A stretch of 39,858 nt of DNA from the NCBI GenBank assembly GCA_000708835.1, contig DF237610.1, forward strand, positions 1-39,858. The letters run 5' to 3'. This DNA comes from Klebsormidium nitens (lineage: Eukaryota > Plantae > Klebsormidiophyceae). Positions 32,850-39,858 of the stretch are shown here, piece by piece (position 1 is the stretch's first letter; the number at the start of each line of letters is the position of its first letter). Made by a program: the position numbers and the translations under genes. The notes beneath the pieces were generated by a model. The model searched no databases. It was not told the origin of the DNA and saw only the letters and a program-made list of their open reading frames with translations.

Positions 32850-35800
32850 TTACCAGCCCCGCCAGCTATTGCGCCCTGGTCGTGTGCCATACTGTGGGCC
32901 TGCCGGTCTGCTGTTCTGTCCTGCGTAGCTTGTCTGTGTCCTGTCTAGAGGGGCTCGTCCCCGCGCATACTGCGGCCCGCGTGGCCAGCTTTGATGCGCA
33001 GGGGGGCTCAAATAGTGTGGAGGGGCGGATGGCGCTGCTCCGAAGGTGCCTGGCCGGGGCGGCAGGTACCCCCGGCCGGTGGGCCTGGCCGCTGCTTCGG
33101 CCCACAGTGGAGGACCCGGGGAGCGTCCCCAGCGGCCCAGCGCTCCTTCGGCTGCCCGGAAAGGAGCGGCACGAGGCGCTTCCTGGACGTACTCGTGACC
33201 GTACGACGGCTGCCGCCCTACAGTGGCATCTGCACAGAGAAGCACGCGACTATGAGGAGCGCAAAGGAACGGGAGCTACCCCACGAAAGAAGGCCCGAAT
33301 CAAAGGTCCAGAATAATTGCAGTGTGTTTCAAATTGTGCCTAACAAAACTTCGCTACTTCCGATTGAAAGTTCTCGTTACCACCGAGCGTTTTCGCACCA
33401 GCACGCGCCTGCTCCGTGTTCCACAAAAAGTTCCACAAACAACGCCGTCAGCTACAAGCATCCATTGCCATCCCCTGCGCGCCTCTCACCTGCTGCGCCG
33501 CTGCTGCTCCGCGCTGGCTCCTGCGCCGGGCCGTACGCCTCCGCCAGCGCGGCCTGGTACTCCGCGTCCTCCTCCCCGTCCCCGACGCCGCCCGCAGCCT
33601 CTGCCGCCGCCTGCTGCTGCTGCTGCTGCTGCTTCAGGTCGAGCGTGGTGATCTCGGGCGTCAGCGCGTCGTCGCTCTCGGGCTCGCTCACCGGCGGCGC
33701 GCGCGGCTGGTCCGGGATGAGCGCCGCACTGGGGTACACTGCCGCCAGCGTGGCCGCCGCCTCGTGGGTGCGGCGCGAGGCTTCCTCGCTGTCCTCGCCC
33801 GCGGGGACGCTCCAGGCCGGGTCCAGCCACACTGCTGCACGGAGAAGGGGGCGGAGCACGGTCACGCAGGGGATGCAGGAGGAGGCGACAGTGGGGCGAT
33901 GCGAGGGGTGTCGAGTGGCCCGAAGAGGAGCGACCGGGCTGCTTAGCTGGCTGACCCTCGACTATCTTGCGCTACAAGCCTGGGCTTTGCACGCAATAGG
34001 ATGGGCACGGGCAGGCAACCTGGTATCGCAACAGCCACAAGCAGCCTTCTCACGGCCGCTTAAGTGATGCAGCTGGGGACTTCGGTAAGACACCCGCAAT
34101 CAGAAGATTGACACCTTGTTCCAGTCCGCCGGCTGCCAGTCTGCGTGCACCACCGGGCAGCGGCATGCCGGGGCAGCCTGCCAGACAGATCCAATGAGGC
34201 GAGGGAGCAGGAACCTTCGACAAGTGACAGCGGCGGAACAGTACGTTCTCGAAGCAATCCACAAAACAATTCAAGCCCAATAGGTCCTGCTGTCCCCAGA
34301 CGTGTCGACGACCTTGACAGGACAAGAATGTTGGAGCCCTGAATCTTCACACTGAGTTCGACCAATTCTGTCATTGTAGACTACATTGAACGGGCATGGG
34401 GTCTCGCCACAGTGCGCGTGTGCGGCCCCCTCACCTGGCGGCACTTGCCACGGGATGGCGCGGTCCTCCATGAGCGCCACTGCGCGCGCCCACGCCCCAC
34501 CCTCGCCCCCCTTCTGCGGAGCGGCGCTGCGCCTCTCCTGGGCCAGCAGCGCTGTCACGTGTGCTTCCAACTGCTGCAGCAGGGCCGCGCTCTGCTGCGC
34601 CTCTGCCGACAGCGCCGCGTGGGGCCCCTCTCTCTCTCGCCGCTCCGCCTCGCGTCGCTTTTGCCGCTCCATCTCCGCCACCAGCTGCGCCAGCAGCGGG
34701 TTCGCCGGCCGCGCGGCAGCGACGTGCGCCGGCTGCACCACGGGCTGACGACTCGGCACAGCACTGGCCGGGGGCGGCGCGCTGGGGCCTGGCTGCGTGG
34801 GAGGGGTCGCCACTTGCAGCGCATGTGCCAGAGCGCTGATGGCGGCCACGTCGAGAGCCAGAGGCCCCGCGCTGTTGGACGCGAGCCTAGCGCCAGGCAG
34901 AGCGCCCCCGTCGTAGCCTGGGTCAGGGGTCCAGGTCCCTTGAATTACCGAGGACGCGCTCTCAGTCGTCGTTGGAAGCGGCGGGCCCCCATTCCCGTGC
35001 ACTGGCCCCGCACTGTGAGATGCGGCCGCCGCTGCCTGTGCGTGAGGTGCTCCCTGTTCTGGGAGCCGCTCCTGCTGCGCCGTCGTTGTTTCCCTGCCGT
35101 CCGCCCCAAAAGGCCGTTCTGTCCCGCCATTTCCTGCCAGCCTGCTAACGCGGGCCTGCCCGTCTCCTCGGGCGCCTCCGCTGGCGCGGCTCCTTTGATC
35201 GGCCGCCCTGCCGTTCCTGCCCTGCATCTGGCGGATCAGCTGCTCGCGCGCCTTGGCCTTGAGGATGTCGTCCGCCGACAGCGGCTTCTCTCCCGCCCCG
35301 CCCCGCACCGCCACTGCGTCCTGCAGCAGCGCCGCCACCTCTGTGCCGTTGCTGTCGCGCTGACGGCCTCGCCGCAACAGCTCGGCGAACTTGCCCCCCC
35401 TCTGCCCGTCCCCCCGACCCTTTCCCCCAGTCCGCCCCATCCCCTGCTGCTCAGGCCTGTCTCCGTGCCGAGGTTGTTTCGCGGGGGGTGGTCCCAGGGG
35501 TGAGCCTGCCCGCTTGGCAGCCACACCGGAGGGGCCTGGCAAGGTACGGCCAGGCGGGCCGGAGCGGGGGCCACGCTTGGGGGAAGGGGGGGCTGCCAGC
35601 GCGGCCACAGGAGGAGCGGCCTGGAGCAAATGCGACACAAGAATGGGAAATTATGACAATGAGCGCCATGCTCAAAGAGCGACTGCCGCGTGACGTCGAC
35701 ACATTGGCGACATACTGGCGGGCGACAAATGATCATGCACTGTGGACCTGAGATAGCTGAGAATCTCGGGCCAAGGTGGTCATGAAAGACCGCTCTTACA

Positions 35801-38800
35801 GTGGATGACCAACACCGCACAAGGAGCAAAACGCCTGAGATCGGCAGTTGGATGATTGGAAAGAGAGACGCGTGTGGCAGTTGGTAACGTGGATAAGTTC
35901 GCCAGTCTCTCGGTCGACCTGCATTTGCGAGCGACTGGGAGCGATTGTGAGAATCAGCAGGGGAACAACTTACGCTGGTTCGCAATGGGAGAGAAGCTCG
36001 CACAAGAGAAGGGGGCGGAGCATCTGCAAAACCAGAACAACAAGGCTTGTGACTGGACAGTCAACCGGAACGGCAACTGGTGGGAGCAGCGAGAAATTCA
36101 GCAAGGTGTCGACTGAGACATGAGGCCAGCAAGGGGCGGATGCCCGAGAGCTCTTGGAGGGCCCAGCTGCGCTGCCCGCGTTGTATGCTCCGAGTTTTCC
36201 ATGACGCAGGTCCTGAGCGAACGAGCCCGGCCGGGTCCGCAAGACGGAGGGAGGCACGGAGGCACGCAGAACCGTTGCGAGGGACGAGTCCGTACCTCGC
36301 CTCTCTACCACGACAGGTGAGGCGATCTTTGGCGGCGCCGTGGCTTCCGATATAGGCGGCACAGGGCCGGAACCAGGCTGGGGCCTGAACGCACGCAACA
36401 CAGGCGGGGTTCACGGTAAAATGAGACGGAACAGCAAGAGCAGCGGGACGAGGACGGTGAGACGAGGCCCGTCTAGCGTCCGAAAGGCTCACACGCAAGG
36501 CTCAACATGTGAGACAGCAGCCTCGTGCGTGCACTCTGTCTCACCCTGGTTGGCGTGCAACCGCCAGAAGGTGGCCGCTTTTCTGCGCAAAGTCAGGTGC
36601 GCGCCCTCGCTTCCAGCACACCAACAGCTGCCGTGCCAGTGCCGCCACATCTGCAGCCCGAACGGTTACACTGGTCAAAGCTAGACTCTTTATCTTGGCA
36701 GGAGTACGGGAGAAGAAATCCGAGGCGAAGGCCCCATCGGCTGGCTTTGCAGGGGCACGATGCCTTGCAGCCCCTGCAGGCACACAGGAGTAGACAAGCA
36801 GGCGGCTGCCGTGTGCTCATAACTTCTCACGACGGGGGCAGCACGAGCGGCTAGGGGGCGTACCTGGAACAAAGTAGCGGGTGACCTTGAGCAACGTCCT
36901 GGCCAACGGCGCAATGGGAGACGCCTCGATGGGGCGAGGGGGGAGCAGCGCCAACACCTGCGTGCGCACGCACAGCCGCCAGGTGTCAGGCCGGAGACCG
37001 CAGTAAGCACGGAAGAAGCCATAGGGGGACTAGCGTTTCAGAACCTGCGCCACCACTCAGCACGAATTGACGGGACAGATGGCCAAGTCACAGAGGCAAA
37101 GTTTCAGCAGGTCGCTGATGTTACTTTCACTGAACCTGATCGAAGCTGCCTCCTTGCTGTCCGCTTCTGTATCCAGCATCCGGCCCATCCGTGTGGGCTT
37201 CATGGCTGACTTTGCAACTTCGCACATGCGCTGCGTGCGCGCCTCACCTGCAGCAGGGCCCGCAGCAGGGTGGTCTGCTCCTCGCTGTAGGCTTCCACCA
37301 GCCACTGGTGCAGCAGCAACAGGCCAGCGCCGTCCAGCAGCCTGCACGGACGCCACCCGTTACTGACGCCACGGTACTACGCAGGGAAAGAGCATGCGGG
37401 AACAACTCCAAGTAATTCCTTGCTACACCGAGAATCCATGCTAAAACGAGACCGCACAAAGAAAGAAGAAGCTTCGCGTATATCTTGCTGAAGGAGATCG
37501 CTTTCGCTTGAGCTACGCAAGAGCTCAGACTAAGAACGTGAATTCGCCACCCACCGAGCCTGCACCACCCGCTTGCGGCCCCTGGCGAGCGCTTCCAGGA
37601 CCTGCAGCCGCCCCGCCACGCTGCTCTCCCTGCGCATCACACGTGACCAGCGGGCTGCCCCCTCCTCTTCCGCGTGCCCTGCCCCCCTTGCCCCCACCAG
37701 CTGCGCCAGCGCCCCCCGCAGGTCCGTTGCCTCCGGCTGCACCCTCCGCGCCAGCCCTGCCCCCGTCTGCTTCTCAGGAGCGCCCAGAGCCAGCACACCG
37801 CGCACCTCCGCTGCCTGCGGCTGCGCCCCACGGGGGGCGCCTGCTGCCGCCCACCTGGCGGGGGCGCCCAGAGCCAGCGCTGCTGTCTCTTGCGGGCTGC
37901 TCCCTGCTGGAGAGACAGCGCTCCAGGTCATGCCTTTAGGAATGCTGGTGCTAAAGTCCCCGCCTGGCGTCTCCTCGGCAAGGTCCTCGGGGGGCGCATT
38001 TAGGTCGATGAGGATGCCTCGCGGCTGCTGCGGCGGCTGGAACGGTTCCCGGGGCAGGGCCTTCTCAGGCGGCGGCCCCGCAGACCTGCTCCCATTTTTG
38101 GTGTGCCCCTCCGCAGGGGGCCCGCGGGCGCTATGCCCTGCCTGGACAGCAGCCTCACTGGCGTTCCCCACAGCAATCGGATCCAGCTGTGGGAGGTGGT
38201 CCAAAACAGGCTCCAGCCCGTCAGCATTCGGTTTAGCCCCGCCCGTTGTGTCAGCAACCCGGACAAGCTGTTCGGCTGCCAACAGCCCCACTGCAGGTTG
38301 CAAGGGTTGCGCACCAGACTGGGGCTCCTTTTCCTGGGACTCTGCCTTGGCTGTGTCCTGCTCAGGATTGTGTTCCTGCCCACTCAGGCGCCCTGCAGCG
38401 CCCTCGTCGCCCCCCGCCATGAGGCCACCCGCCACGCTGGGGCCTGGCAGCCCAACTTCTGCGCCCTGCGACTCTGCCACACCTTTCAAAGCAGTAAACC
38501 CCCCTTTCTTGGTGCCTAACCCCTCTCTTCCGCCCTCTTCTTTCTCCACTCTGGCCAGGACCTCTGCCTTGGCCCCTGGTGCCTCTTTGCCCCTGTCAGA
38601 CCCAGGCTCCTTGCCGGGTGGCCCCGCTTGTCTATCTTGGGGCGGTCTGTTGCTGTGTGCGCCCCGCTGTGGCCTGCCTTTGAGGGCCCCTGGGTGCATG
38701 CTGCGCAGCCAGGCGCGCGTGTGGGCGCGGTGGGCCACAAAGAAGTCCTTCACCTGCACGACACGCCAGATGGGATGCCTGAGCCACCGCAAAGGCAGAT

Positions 38801-39724
38801 CTTTCACCCTGACCGCTGCCTGTCCACACCAAATGATGAGCTTGGCCAGTTGAAGCCCCCAATACAAAATGATTGGCCCTCCAAACCGCTGAAACTCCAA
38901 GACATGCCTGTGCCTGGCGCAGCTCTTTCCCGCTGTTCCCGCCGCCAATTGTGCCCAAACATTGCAGGCTGGCTGCTCACCTGCCCCGGCGTGATCCCCA
39001 GCACAGTGCCCAGGTCGCGCGCCTCCGCCTTGGTCACGCTGTCCTTGAGCGAGAACGCCTCCTCCAGGGCCTTGGCGGCGGGCGCTGGCAATTCCTCTGC
39101 AGGTTTCTGCCAGGCTGCAACAAGCGCCCGCCCCAGGATCAGGGCACCGCGCTGGGTGGAACATTCGCTTCCTCATGGGTTGGCGAAGGCAAGACAAGCA
39201 TCAGGCAAAGACCAGTTGTTTTCAGTAATCAGCAAAGTGGCAGGCAGGTGCACCATGGGCTCCAAGCTCATCAATCGTTCCTGCCGTTACTAGGCCCAGC
39301 GCCAATCAATTTCGTTGCAATCCACCCAAGGCTTGCGGATCCGCAATCTGGTCAGTCCAGCGTCGCTGCCCTCACCTGCGCTGTCCCCCAGGACGCGCGC
39401 TGCCACCTCCTCCTCCAGTGCGTGGCGCCCCGTGCATTCTGTCTGCACTTCCAGCACGCGCTGCAGCTGCAGCAGCTGCTCCATCACCTCCGCCTGCTGC
39501 GCCACCAGCAGCGCTGCCGCCTCCTGCCGGCCACCACCGCCCGCGTGCTCCCCCCCGCCAGGCCCGGGGCCCGCGGTGCCGTCCGCCCTGTCCGTCGGCA
39601 TTTGGGGCGCGTCCGTTGGCATTTGGGGCGCAGCCTGGGGGAGCCCCACCTTCGTACTGAGGGAGGCTGAACTCTGGGCATCGGCCATCTTTGCATCTGC
39701 CACTGCTGATGATGCTGCCGCCAT
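32850..39724 (-). CDS. LD: LUMINIDEPENDENS-like homeodomain protein; multi-exon span
   Basis: Blocks collinear with recalled Arabidopsis LD: EQLLQLQRVLEVQTECTGRHALEEEVAA; homeodomain KALEEAFSLKDSVTKAEARDLGTVLGITPGQ|VKDFF (exon 39114-38981 into 38753); MRRESSVAGRLQVLE; WLVEAYSEEQT; DVAALARQLLVCW; PLSADDILKAKAR; IPWQVPP; DDALTPEI. The last exon is 33229-32850. The start at ATG 39724 is tentative. Confidence 0.88.
33611..33631 (-). repeat. (CAG)7 polyglutamine tract in LD
   Basis: (ctg)7 on the + strand, in frame after EITTLDLK. Confidence 0.85.
39590..39631 (-). repeat. 21-bp coding tandem duplication (APQMPTD x2) in the LD N-terminus
   Basis: gtccgtcggcatttggggcgc followed by gtccgttggcatttggggcgc, with 1 mismatch. 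Confidence 0.85.
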
Positions 39725-39858
39725 CACGTTTCCGCATGGCACCCCTCTAAACCTGTCAGATGTGAATGACATTGAGATGCTGCAGCTGGGGCGGACCCGG
39801 TGCAGAATTCCAGCAACTCCTGTCAACTCCGGTTAAGGTCGAACTTCCCTTATTCGCG

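Noticed and set aside
35856-36116. Protein-looking + strand ORF (MERETRVAVG...WWEQREIQQGVD) as a nested antisense gene in LD
   Set aside because: It is the complement of pyrimidine-rich LD introns and overlaps a small LD exon (DAPPPSLVRASLPLRTS, ~36020-35970) needed to keep phase; no recognisable domain.
23241-38853. Numerous long ORFs opposite or off-frame to real exons (e.g. 23241-24350, 34412-35503, 37573-38853)
   Set aside because: Stop-poor shadows of very GC-rich coding sequence, with Ala/Arg/Pro/Gly-biased translations and no domains.

Overview
Eukaryotic, intron-rich nuclear DNA, most likely from a streptophyte green alga. That assignment is inferred: streptophyte-type genes (OEP24, LUMINIDEPENDENS, a B1 Raf kinase) sit beside cilium/basal-body-type genes, in a Klebsormidium-like gene architecture. 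Five spliced genes can be reconstructed by hand, alternating in orientation: a B1-type Raf-like MAP3K (-, 2277-8824), a KIF27/KIF7-like kinesin-4 (+, 9892-21167), an Sfi1-repeat protein (-, 22679 to ~27415, crossing a 578-N gap), OEP24 (+, 28915-30635) and a LUMINIDEPENDENS homolog (-, 32850 to ~39724). Two non-autonomous DNA transposons are visible: a 206-bp TA-flanked MITE and a 758-bp CAC...GTG element. The least explained signal is three ~1-1.5 kb tracts just beyond gene 3' ends (~525-1660, ~21230-22210, ~30995-32460). By hand count they carry about 3x the expected density of short palindromes of every base composition, and tract A is also rich in CATGCA. Two tracts fill verified tail-to-tail spacers, while the head-to-head spacers carry only short patches or discrete dyads. 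All counts are hand counts; no database search was run.
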